Positions 1-8,309 of a stretch of 64,000 nt of DNA are shown piece after piece. Made by a program: the position numbers and the translations under genes. The notes beneath the pieces are model-generated. The model had not been told where the DNA came from and searched no databases. It was given only the letters and a program-made list of their open reading frames with translations. The stretch comes from an uncultured Pseudomonadota bacterium (lineage in GTDB: Bacteria > Pseudomonadota > Alphaproteobacteria > Rs-D84), in NCBI GenBank assembly GCA_937885575.1, contig CALABO010000014.1:84726-148725 (forward strand), given 5' to 3'. How positions within the stretch are numbered: position 1 is the first letter of the stretch; every line of letters starts with the position of its first letter.

Positions 1-251
1 TACTGATTTTGTTGATCGGGTGTGCCCGTGCGTTTACGTTCAACGAATGTAATGCGGCCCTTGGCCAAATCGTATGGTGTCATTTCAACGCGAACACGTT
101 CGCCCACGTTGACCCAGATGCGCGCCTTGCGCATTTTGCCACAAACAGTTGCCAAAATTTCATGGTCGTTATCAAGCCGCACGCGAAACATTGTGTTCGG
201 TAATTTTTCGGTAACGGTTCCTTCGAAAACGACGACATCATCTTTTGCCAT
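1..251 (-). CDS. infA: translation initiation factor IF-1 (3-prime end reaches the window edge)
   Basis: Absent from the ORF track because it is open at the window edge. Reverse translation from the ATG at 251-249 gives [73 protein letters not shown]. This carries the canonical IF-1 S1-fold signatures LPNxMFRV, GKMRK and TPYDLxKGRI. Confidence 0.9.
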   Translation of the reverse strand, partial: MAKDDVVVFEGTVTEKLPNTMFRVRLDNDHEILATVCGKMRKARIWVNVGERVRVEMTPYDLAKGRITFVERKRTGTPDQQNQ

Positions 252-377
252 ATTTATCCCTTTGATAAAACGGTATCAATTTTATGCCATGGCGTTTCAA
301 AAATCAAGAATTTTTTATTTGCGAATGGGCCGATGTTCTGATAAAATTATAGATAAGTATTGTAGGAAGGAAAAGTC

Positions 378-2585
378 ATGAACATCAAAATACTATCCGT
401 TATTTTGGCGGTTTTGCCGTGCGTTGGTTTTGCCGAAACGCGTGATAATGGTGCGGCCGGTGCGGGGCGGTTTGGAATTCGTGCGCCGTCGCTTTCCATT
501 GGGCCGGCGGTAAAATCAAAGAATATAAATGCGGTGGCCAAGCCCGCAACGAATACAACGAATACGGCGAATGTGGCAAATGAAACGCCGGCGGAAACCG
601 CGGCGGATGCGGACGAAGAGCCGGTCGCGAGTGAATCGGCGGAGGCGATAGTCAGTGCAAATGTTGGGCCCGATGAATGTCGCGCGGCGTATCGTGAATG
701 TATGGACGATTTCTGCTTGCTGGATGAATCCGAAGGTGGGCGTTGTTCGTGTTCCAACAACATAAAGCAATCGAAAAGTTTAATTCAAGAAATTCAGGAA
801 ATCGAACTTGCCGCGGAAAAACAATTTACCGAAGGTGTTGAGCGCGAACGCCTGGGGGCCAAGGCAAAGTTTGTGCGGTTTGGTGAAAGTGAGCAGGCGC
901 AAAAATCTTCGCGGCGCACCGGAATTGATTTGGTTGCGTGGATAAACGGTGGTTCTTCGGCGGCAAGTTTGGATGCGGACGATGATATTGGCGATAACCT
1001 TTACGATATGGCGGCGGATTCGTGCAGTTTTATTTTGGATATGTGTGAAAAACCGCGCGCGGAAATGGAAGAAAAACTTTATCAACGCGAAGTTGTAAAA
1101 GATTGTAAAACATTTAGTACTTATCTCGCGGAACAAAAGCGTGCGGCGGAATCAAACCGGCGGACGGCGGATGCCGCGGTGCGTGCAGCTGTTGTTGAAA
1201 TGTGGTCAACGACCAATAAGTATAATCGTGGTGAGTGTAGGCAAGCTTTGCGTGCGTGTGTGGCAGATAAAGGCGGATGTGGGGTAGGTTTTGAAAACTG
1301 TTTAGATGCTAAACTTTTGGAACGACGGACACTATCTTGCGAAAACGTTTTGGATCAATGCATGAATGTTCGGGATTATGTTTTAGAGGATTGGAAAGAC
1401 GAATCAAAGGAAATTCTTAAGCAAGCAGCAATTGATGCGGATAAAAACATGCGCCAAACTTGTTTCACAAAAATTCGCGCATGTTTGGAAGAAGGCTGTT
1501 CTGTGTCCATAGACTTTGGCAAAAGTGATGGACTTGCAACGAATTCGGGCTGTTTGAACAATGTGAATATTGCGGCGGGTGTATGTCCGATTATTGACGA
1601 ATGCAATCAAAAAATTCCGGGAATAAAGGCAAGTGTGAACGAACTTTTGGCATCACTGCGGACTGATTTTTGCCAAAATGATGTCGATAGGTGTTTGCGT
1701 GAAAAGTGTGGTGAAAATTTCACGGGCCCACAATGTGTTGGCAAAAGTTCGGCGGAAATTGTCGAACTGTGCCCAAAGAAAATGTTTTCGGCATGTAAGG
1801 ATGAAAAGTTCTATGACATTATTGTAAGTTCGGTTTTGTTGCAGATGAATTATCAAATGATGCAAGGGTGTATCAATTATTATGCCGATGCGTTAGGGAA
1901 AGTTTGTGGAACCGATATGAATTGTTTGCCATCCAGTTATATAGTTGCAGGATTAAAGAAAACCCCAAGTGATATTGGTGAAATAAAGAAAGAGGTTGCG
2001 GCGGAAAGTAAGGCGGCAGTTGATGAGTTCTTTAAAAGGTTTGAAACAGAAGCGACAGTTGCGGCGTGCAAGAGTGCGCAACAACCCGCAAATTCCGGAC
2101 GCAAGAGTTTAAGAGATTCTATATTTGCGGATACAAAGCAAGCAGCAGAATTTGCTGCCCAGATTAGGTATCAAAAGGATCTTGATTCAAAACTTGATGA
2201 ATTATCGCGTAAGGAAGATGTGACCAAAGCGGAACAAAATTGTTATGCCCGTTATCAGGTTGAAAAGAAAACATCAACGGATGAAAAAGGCACGTATTCG
2301 TATATAAAAAGTGTTTCGTTTGAACCATCATTGCGTAATTGTCATGTGTGTCGTATGCAACGTGTTTGTGAAACAGGTGGAGAAAGCAAGTCGTCGTCGG
2401 CATTAAAGGCGGGTGCGGGTGGCTTGACGGCGGGTGCATCCATGGGCACAATGGTAAATGCCGGATGGGGAACGCTTATTGGTGCGGTCGTTGGTGGGGC
2501 GGCCGGTGCGGTTGGCGGTGCATTATCTGGTGGTGAACAGACATTCTGTCAGGAAATCGAATCTTGCGAAGATATAAATATGTAG
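378..2585 (+). CDS. large cysteine-rich secreted protein, paralog family subtype A, copy 1 (735 aa)
   Basis: Sec-type signal peptide MNIKILSVILAVLPCVGFA. N-terminal signature ECRAAYRECMDDFCLLDESEGGRCSCSNN. Internal motif SCENVLDQCMNVRDYV. Glycine-rich hydrophobic C-terminal segment. RBS-like AGGAAGGAAAAG lies upstream. No family recognised. Confidence 0.85.
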   Translation: MNIKILSVILAVLPCVGFAETRDNGAAGAGRFGIRAPSLSIGPAVKSKNINAVAKPATNTTNTANVANETPAETAADADEEPVASESAEAIVSANVGPDECRAAYRECMDDFCLLDESEGGRCSCSNNIKQSKSLIQEIQEIELAAEKQFTEGVERERLGAKAKFVRFGESEQAQKSSRRTGIDLVAWINGGSSAASLDADDDIGDNLYDMAADSCSFILDMCEKPRAEMEEKLYQREVVKDCKTFSTYLAEQKRAAESNRRTADAAVRAAVVEMWSTTNKYNRGECRQALRACVADKGGCGVGFENCLDAKLLERRTLSCENVLDQCMNVRDYVLEDWKDESKEILKQAAIDADKNMRQTCFTKIRACLEEGCSVSIDFGKSDGLATNSGCLNNVNIAAGVCPIIDECNQKIPGIKASVNELLASLRTDFCQNDVDRCLREKCGENFTGPQCVGKSSAEIVELCPKKMFSACKDEKFYDIIVSSVLLQMNYQMMQGCINYYADALGKVCGTDMNCLPSSYIVAGLKKTPSDIGEIKKEVAAESKAAVDEFFKRFETEATVAACKSAQQPANSGRKSLRDSIFADTKQAAEFAAQIRYQKDLDSKLDELSRKEDVTKAEQNCYARYQVEKKTSTDEKGTYSYIKSVSFEPSLRNCHVCRMQRVCETGGESKSSSALKAGAGGLTAGASMGTMVNAGWGTLIGAVVGGAAGAVGGALSGGEQTFCQEIESCEDINM

Positions 2586-2592
2586 GGAACAT

Positions 2593-5283
2593 ATGAAAAA
2601 ATTTACCGTTCTATCATTGTTGTTTATTGTGCCGATTGTTGCGGTGGCAGCGACGGCGAAAAAACAATCGGCAATTCAAAACGGAACAAATGTTCGCGCG
2701 CGTGTTGCGGCGACCGGTGTTTATTCGCAAGAATGCTATGACGAATACTATGGTTGCATGGATCAATTTTGCATATCCGAAAACATAAATGGTGGCAGTT
2801 GTTTATGCAGTAACAATAATGAAAAATACGAATCCGAATTAGAAGAAATAAATGAAATTTTGGCAGAGGCCGACCGAATAAAAACCGTAGAGGTTGAAAG
2901 AATAAAACTGGGGGCCGATGCGGATATTGTCTTTACCGGCGAACGTAAATATGATGCGAACGGAAATGTGATACAATATTCGTCTGTGCAGAAAAAAGAT
3001 ACCACGCCGAAGATAAATAAAAAGCAGGAAGCATTAAAACTGTTTGAAGTCAATTTGTTCGAAGATGACGAAGACGATGATGATGTGATGCATAAAACCG
3101 GTGCCGCGCTGTTTGCCGCCGCCGATGAAACGTGTCGCGCGCAGTTGGGGAATTCGTGTGCCAAAGATATAAAATTGCTTAAACAAATTTATCAGCGTCA
3201 AATTGAATCCGATTGTCGTGGGTTTGCGAACGCAATCGCGCAACAGCGCACGGCGGCGGTCGCCGCGATGAATTCGGCGGAATCCGATGTGCGCAATGCA
3301 CTCAAAGAAAGTTTTGATTCCGCCAATAAATTTAACCAGGGCGAATGCATGGTTGAACTTAAAAAATGTATGTTGGGGGCGGATGCGTGCGGTGATGATT
3401 GGGCGAATTGTGTTTCGATAATTGCAAATGAAAATATGCAAAAGCCGGTTGCGAACCTTACGCCGGTTAAAACCACGATTAAATATAATATTACGCCGTC
3501 TGTTTTGGAACGACTTGAATCGAAACGCACGATTTGTGAACGCGTGTTGGATCAATGTATGGCGGTGCGCGATAATGTTTGGACGGCGTTTCTGCGTGAG
3601 GTTGCACCAAACCTTAAACTTGCGGAATTGCGGGCGGAATCGAATTTTCGGCAATCGTGTTTGACCGAAATTACGAACTGTATTCACACCGCGTGCAAAG
3701 ATGACATCGCGGGCAAGGGGACGGCGACAATGGATTCGTGTTTGTCGCGGCCCGATATGGCGCGGTCTTTTTGCAAAGTGCAACTTGACCCGTGCGAACG
3801 GATGGAACCACTGATTTGGGGATATGTTGTTGATAAACTTGCCGCGATGCGTGTTGACGCGTGTACAGCGGAGGTTAAAGATTGCATTTATTCGCCCGAC
3901 CGGTGTGGGCCGGACTTTATGAACTGTATCGGTATGGATTGGGAATTTGTGCATGGGCTGTGCCCGTTGGATAAATTGGTCGTGTGCAAGAAAAATAATC
4001 CGAACTTTAAAATGGAAGATATTGATTCAATGATAATGGGGCTTTACCTGAATATGGATAACAAGTCATTGGATAACTGTCAAAAATTGGTCGAAGATAA
4101 AATGATGGAAATTTGTGGTTCGACAACCGATTGCAACAAATTTGCAACGGATGATACAATTGGTACCGGGTCGTTGCAATATCAGAAAGATAGTGCAGGT
4201 ATTCATCGGTTGTCTGGGATGATTTCTTTTGGTCAAATCAAGGTTGGTTCGGGTAAAGATGATGCAGGGTTGATTGATATTTCCGATTATGCGTGGTATT
4301 TGTTAGAAAATGGTTATGTGTATGAAACAAATTTACCGTATGCGGATGCGGTTATGTATGAATTGGAAAATATCCAAGGAACCATAAATCGCGTTGTGAC
4401 GATGATTGAACAAGACCAAAAAATTCAATACTGTGTGACTGGACGTGATTTAACACAGATTACTGGGGCGGACAATGCACGAACGACAAAGGCACGTTTT
4501 CCGAATTTGCTGAACCAGGTGAAAATGCAAATTGCGATTGCGGCGTTGCACCAGGCCCAGGATAATTATAATAAAAAATATAATGAATATTTATCCAAAG
4601 CCATGCGTGAGGCATCGGTGGATATGGCAAATTTGATGTGTAATAAATTGCCGGCGGCGGATGGAACAGCCCAAGGAATTTCAGCGACAGATTTAAATGT
4701 TGATTTGATAAAACCGGGGACATTAGTTGTGGAATTTGGTGGTGTTTCGAATGCCGCAATTGCCGCGGGTGGAACGCATTCAACAATGAAGGTTGGTGGC
4801 ACGGCAAGTGTGGAACACAAAAGTGGTAATGCCGCCGGTGGTAATGATGGTGGTGTGGCTGGTACGGTTGGGGCAACACTTGGTACACTTGGGGCAGAGG
4901 CAGGCGCGGCACTTTTGAAATATGCGGCACAAAAGGGGGCAGAGGCGATTGCGGGAAAGAGTGCAGAAGTGGCACAATCTTTGATACAAAGTGCGGCATC
5001 GTTTAATCCGGTGGCTTTGGCGACAACAACGATTGCAGATATGACGGTCAAGGCGATTGGTATATTGGCTTCGGATCATTACAAGGCCGAATTTGATGGT
5101 GGAATACGTGAAATGTGGTCTGTGTTTAATCGTGACACGCGTGTCTGCCATTTATGCACTTCGACAATTACCAAGGATTGCAAGTCAACGTATAAACATG
5201 GTGTCTTTGGCATTGGACGTAGGAATGAAATGGATTGTACGGTGTCTGAACCGATTGAAAAGTGCGATGATATTCAAATGTAG
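2593..5283 (+). CDS. large cysteine-rich secreted protein, paralog family subtype A, copy 2 (896 aa)
   Basis: Signal peptide MKKFTVLSLLFIVPIVAVAA. Signature ECYDEYYGCMDQFCISENINGGSCLCSNN and ICERVLDQCMAVRDNV, colinear with copy 1. Only a 7-nt gap separates it from copy 1. Confidence 0.85.
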   Translation: MKKFTVLSLLFIVPIVAVAATAKKQSAIQNGTNVRARVAATGVYSQECYDEYYGCMDQFCISENINGGSCLCSNNNEKYESELEEINEILAEADRIKTVEVERIKLGADADIVFTGERKYDANGNVIQYSSVQKKDTTPKINKKQEALKLFEVNLFEDDEDDDDVMHKTGAALFAAADETCRAQLGNSCAKDIKLLKQIYQRQIESDCRGFANAIAQQRTAAVAAMNSAESDVRNALKESFDSANKFNQGECMVELKKCMLGADACGDDWANCVSIIANENMQKPVANLTPVKTTIKYNITPSVLERLESKRTICERVLDQCMAVRDNVWTAFLREVAPNLKLAELRAESNFRQSCLTEITNCIHTACKDDIAGKGTATMDSCLSRPDMARSFCKVQLDPCERMEPLIWGYVVDKLAAMRVDACTAEVKDCIYSPDRCGPDFMNCIGMDWEFVHGLCPLDKLVVCKKNNPNFKMEDIDSMIMGLYLNMDNKSLDNCQKLVEDKMMEICGSTTDCNKFATDDTIGTGSLQYQKDSAGIHRLSGMISFGQIKVGSGKDDAGLIDISDYAWYLLENGYVYETNLPYADAVMYELENIQGTINRVVTMIEQDQKIQYCVTGRDLTQITGADNARTTKARFPNLLNQVKMQIAIAALHQAQDNYNKKYNEYLSKAMREASVDMANLMCNKLPAADGTAQGISATDLNVDLIKPGTLVVEFGGVSNAAIAAGGTHSTMKVGGTASVEHKSGNAAGGNDGGVAGTVGATLGTLGAEAGAALLKYAAQKGAEAIAGKSAEVAQSLIQSAASFNPVALATTTIADMTVKAIGILASDHYKAEFDGGIREMWSVFNRDTRVCHLCTSTITKDCKSTYKHGVFGIGRRNEMDCTVSEPIEKCDDIQM

Positions 5284-5297
5284 CAAAGGGAAAGAAA

Positions 5298-6197
5298 ATG
5301 GAAAATGTAGAAATTGTTGATGGTGTTTTTGGTGATGCGGTAGAAGCGGTTCAATCTGTGCCTGAAAAAGTGCAGGCCAGTGCGGAAGAGTTGAAAACTT
5401 TGATTTCATCGCTGACCGGGATGGCGGTTGATTTTGGTTTGAAATTGCTTGCGGCGCTTGTTGTTTTAATGGGCGGTATGTGGATTGCAAAACGTCTTGC
5501 CCGTGCGTTCAAGCGCACTTTGGAACGTCGTAATGCGGACCCATCGCTTGTTTCGTTTTTGGGTTCGTTTATGAATATACTTTTGCGGATATTTGTAATC
5601 ATTATATCTCTTGCGACCGTAGGGGTTCAAATGACATCGATTGTTGCGGTTTTGGGTGCGGCGTCTTTGGCGGTTGGTATGGCGTTGTCTGGAACTATGC
5701 AGAATTTTGCCGGTGGCATTATCATCATGTTCCTTAAACCGTTCAAGGTTGGCGATATTATTTCGACGGCGGACGGTAAAACCGGAACGGTTAAAAAGAT
5801 TATGATTTTCACAACCGAAATACATACTTTTGATAACCAGGTTGTATTGTTGCCCAATGGGGCGTTGTCCAACAGTCAGATAACAAACCTTTCGGGTAAT
5901 GAAACGCGGCGCGCGGAACTGAACGTTGCTATTTCATATGGCGATAGCGTTGACGCGGCGCGCAAAGAAATTTTGGCGATAATCAAAGCGGACAAGCGTG
6001 TTTTGAAAGACCCGGCACCAAATGTCTTTGTTTCAGATTTGGGCGATAGCGCGGTTATATTGACCGTGCGTTATTGGACGTCGGCGGCCGATATGATTCC
6101 AAGTCGCGGTGATATGTTAGAGGCGATTTATAACAAATTGCCGAAAAAGAAAATACACTTCCCGTTCCCGCAAATGGATGTGCATGTGAAAAAGTGA
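5298..6197 (+). CDS. mscS: small-conductance mechanosensitive channel, MscS family
   Basis: Three N-terminal TM helices followed by the MscS beta-domain pattern FKVGDIISTADGKTGTVKKIMIFTTEIHTFDNQVVLLPNGALSNSQITNLS. RBS AAAGGGAAAG. Confidence 0.85.
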   Translation: MENVEIVDGVFGDAVEAVQSVPEKVQASAEELKTLISSLTGMAVDFGLKLLAALVVLMGGMWIAKRLARAFKRTLERRNADPSLVSFLGSFMNILLRIFVIIISLATVGVQMTSIVAVLGAASLAVGMALSGTMQNFAGGIIIMFLKPFKVGDIISTADGKTGTVKKIMIFTTEIHTFDNQVVLLPNGALSNSQITNLSGNETRRAELNVAISYGDSVDAARKEILAIIKADKRVLKDPAPNVFVSDLGDSAVILTVRYWTSAADMIPSRGDMLEAIYNKLPKKKIHFPFPQMDVHVKK

Positions 6198-6222
6198 TTA
6201 GTGTAAGTGTTAGTGGTTAGTG
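6194..6222. repeat. TAGTG-unit repeat arm (left arm), overlapping the mscS stop codon
   Basis: GTGATTAGTGTAAGTGTTAGTGGTTAGTG is a degenerate tandem run of TTAGTG/TAAGTG/GTTAGTG units. The same arm type occurs at six other loci in the window. Confidence 0.85.
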
Positions 6223-6248
6223 AAACCGGTTGCGATTGCAACCGGTTT
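6223..6248 (+). terminator. hairpin terminator after mscS
   Basis: Perfect 11-bp stem AAACCGGTTGC / GCAACCGGTTT with loop GATT, followed by TTTGAATTTCTT. Confidence 0.6.
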
Positions 6249-6289
6249 GAATTTCTTACTAATCGCGGCTTTACGCCAGTAAAGACGGA

Positions 6290-6366
6290 TGGCGTGCCCA
6301 GCAGGACTCGAACCTGCAACCTATTGCTTAGAAGGCAATTGCTCTATCCAATTGAGCCATGGGCAC
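6290..6366 (-). tRNA. tRNA-Arg (anticodon TCT)
   Basis: Hand fold of the reverse complement: GTGCCCA TG GCTC AATTGGATA GAGC A ATTGC CTTCTAA GCAAT AGGTT GCAGG TTCGAGT CCTGC TGGGCAC G CCA. Anticodon loop CT-TCT-AA. CCA is encoded. Confidence 0.9.
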
Positions 6367-6380
6367 ACAACACGGGATAT

Positions 6381-6408
6381 ATTATAACGCCTTTTTTCCA
6401 AAAAACAA
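6381..6408 (-). promoter_or_regulatory. sigma70-like promoter for tRNA-Arg
   Basis: The minus strand reads TTGTTT-N16-TATAAT. The -10 element ends about 14 nt upstream of the tRNA 5-prime end. Confidence 0.5.
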
Positions 6409-6426
6409 GGGCGCAATTGTGTTCGG

Positions 6427-6456
6427 CCACTAACCACTTACACTACCACCATCCAC
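6427..6456. repeat. TAGTG-unit repeat arm (right arm, inverted)
   Basis: CCACTAACCACTTACACTACCACCATCCAC is the reverse-complement type of the arm at 6194-6222. Confidence 0.8.
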
Positions 6457-6532
6457 TTTCAGCCGTTTTTCTTCCTATTTTTTGTTGGGTGCGAATATGA
6501 TACAATCAAATCAACCAAACAAAGGGGATAAT

Positions 6533-7006
6533 ATGAAACGGTTGATTCAATTTTGTGTCGCAATGGTAATTTCTTTTTTGCCGGGGATTTTTGGGGTGTT
6601 CTTTACGCCGCACGGTGATTCAGATATATGGTATATGGCGCTTAACAAATCGGGGCTTACTCCGCCAGGCGCGGTGTTTGGTGCCGCGTGGACGATTTTG
6701 TATGCGCTGCTTGGGTTCGCATTGTATTTGATTATCAAAAGTGCGCGCGGGAAATCTGAAAAAGTGATGGCCTATGTTTTATTCGTGGCGCAGATGTTGC
6801 TAAATGCCGGTTGGACATATTTGTTCTTTGGTTTGCATCTGACCGGGTTTGCGCTTGTGGTGTTATTGGGTCTGTTCATTGTTTCGATATGGATGGCGCG
6901 CGTGTTCGATGGAATTGACAGAAAAGCAATGTTGTTGGTTATACCGTATTTGCTGTGGATGATGTTTGCATTCTACCTGAACGCGTATATTGTTTTGATG
7001 AATTAA
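6533..7006 (+). CDS. tspO: TspO/MBR tryptophan-rich sensory protein family
   Basis: Five-TM protein with TspO motifs GAVFGAAWTILYALLG, NAGWTYLFFGLH and PYLLWMMFAFYLN. I chose the start at ATG 6533, behind AAAGGGGA, rather than the track start at 6482. Confidence 0.85.
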   Translation: MKRLIQFCVAMVISFLPGIFGVFFTPHGDSDIWYMALNKSGLTPPGAVFGAAWTILYALLGFALYLIIKSARGKSEKVMAYVLFVAQMLLNAGWTYLFFGLHLTGFALVVLLGLFIVSIWMARVFDGIDRKAMLLVIPYLLWMMFAFYLNAYIVLMN

Positions 7007-7338
7007 ATCTTAAGGATTTTGAATTCGGGATCGCCGACATTAAGATAACGCAGCCCCAGTTCACTCACATAATCGGGGCTGTAACTTTTTAGTAATTGTA
7101 TGTGGTGGCGGATGGTGCTAAGTTTCTTTTCCGCCGCCGCAAGTTCTGCGTGTTCTGCGTCCAGGTGCCATATGTTCGTCACAAACCGGCCGACGTTTAC
7201 TTCGCCAAAGAAAATTCGTACGAACGCGAGTAGGGCGAATGCCGCAAAGAATACGCCGAATTTGCCACGAATACCGCCACGCCATGCGCGACCGATAAAT
7301 CCAAATAAATTTTTGATTTTGTCTTTCATACGTGCCAT
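7003..7338 (-). CDS. ftsB: septum formation initiator family protein (FtsB/DivIC-like)
   Basis: 111 aa with an N-terminal TM (FGVFFAAFALLAFVRIFF), then a coiled coil (LDAEHAELAAAEKKLSTIRHHIQLL) and the tail DYVSELGLRYLNVGDPEF typical of the family. Confidence 0.7.
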   Translation of the reverse strand: MARMKDKIKNLFGFIGRAWRGGIRGKFGVFFAAFALLAFVRIFFGEVNVGRFVTNIWHLDAEHAELAAAEKKLSTIRHHIQLLKSYSPDYVSELGLRYLNVGDPEFKILKI

Positions 7339-7348
7339 TATATCACAA

Positions 7349-8272
7349 ATGATATCTAATAATCAAATTTTTGCTGCACCGATGGCGGGGATTTCTGATT
7401 ACCCGTTTCGGCGCATTATACGCGAATTCGCGCCGGACGTGCCAGTGGTGACGGAAATGATTTCTTGCCATTCGTTGATAGAGCAACATAAAAACTGTCC
7501 ACGGAATTTTGATAACTATGGGGCGGAGGGTAATGTAGGAACCCAGATTTTTGGCGCGGTTCCTGATTTAATGGCTGATGCCGCACGGATTCTGGAAGAT
7601 TCTGGGGCAACGTGGATTGATATAAATATGGGATGCCCAGTGCCAAAGGTTGCAACACGTGCGAATGCGGGGGCCTTTTTGATGCGTGACCATAAATTGG
7701 CGGGGCGTATTGTTGCGGCGGTTGCGCGTGCGGTCAAAATTCCGGTGTCGGTTAAAACGCGGCTTGGGTGGGATACGGATAATATGGACTGGGCCGATTT
7801 GGTGCATGTGGCGGCGGATTCGGGCGCGAAATTTTTGACACTGCACGGGCGGACGCGGGCCCAGGGCTATGCCGGTGTGGCTGTGCATCCGAAAATCGAA
7901 AATATGCCGATCCCAATTATTGCAAATGGCGATATTGTGGATGCCGTCGGCGTGCAAGGTGCGATTGACAGCGGCTATGCCGGCGCAATGATTGGGCGTG
8001 CGATGATGGGGCGGCCATGGGTCTTTGGGGAAATTTTGGGAACGGGTAAAAAGCCGGAAAATATTGGGGAACTGGTAATTCGGCATTTGAATTTGGTGTT
8101 GGAATACTATGGTGCGCGCGCCGGGGTGCCGATGTTTAGAAAACACCTTGCGTGGTATTCGGCCGGTATGCCGAATTCAAGTGATTTTCGGGTTAAAATC
8201 AACCAAATAACCGACGAAAAGGAAATGAAACGCGAAATTTTGCAATTTTGGGGTTGCGTTGCGGAAAGATAG
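7349..8272 (+). CDS. dusB: tRNA-dihydrouridine synthase (NifR3/DusB-like)
   Basis: IFAAPMAGISDYPFRRIIREF, DINMGCPVPKV and VSVKTRLGWD are Dus TIM-barrel motifs. The in-frame ATG at 7349 removes a track extension that overlaps ftsB. Confidence 0.8.
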   Translation: MISNNQIFAAPMAGISDYPFRRIIREFAPDVPVVTEMISCHSLIEQHKNCPRNFDNYGAEGNVGTQIFGAVPDLMADAARILEDSGATWIDINMGCPVPKVATRANAGAFLMRDHKLAGRIVAAVARAVKIPVSVKTRLGWDTDNMDWADLVHVAADSGAKFLTLHGRTRAQGYAGVAVHPKIENMPIPIIANGDIVDAVGVQGAIDSGYAGAMIGRAMMGRPWVFGEILGTGKKPENIGELVIRHLNLVLEYYGARAGVPMFRKHLAWYSAGMPNSSDFRVKINQITDEKEMKREILQFWGCVAER

Positions 8273-8309
8273 GTCTATGATAGGGTATAACAAACGAAAG
8301 GTTCACACC

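Noticed and set aside
3034-3954. A 306-aa ORF antisense to the second Cys-rich gene. Similar long antisense or alternative-frame ORFs occur at 4460-4999, 7568-8146, 9502-10047, 35290-35973, 46673-47332, 52094-52876, 55192-55857 and 62511-63209.
   Set aside because: They are fully nested opposite or out of frame to genes with clear homology or strong family signatures. Their translations are Arg/His/Pro/Phe-rich with no motifs or RBS. This is typical shadow-ORF behaviour.
6194-6222. The TAGTG-unit arrays as a CRISPR array.
   Set aside because: The units are only 6-7 bp and directly abutting, with no spacers. They are arranged as inverted arms, and no cas genes lie in the window.
7100-7348. 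N-terminal extensions proposed by the ORF track for dusB (7100), and likewise for ftsH (20800), the MBL hydrolase (22769), the M23 peptidase (25234), tsf (47737), PFOR (57964) and the DUF805 gene (13930).
   Set aside because: The extensions overlap upstream genes or lack similarity to the family. Internal ATGs with RBS-like purine tracts align with the conserved N-termini.
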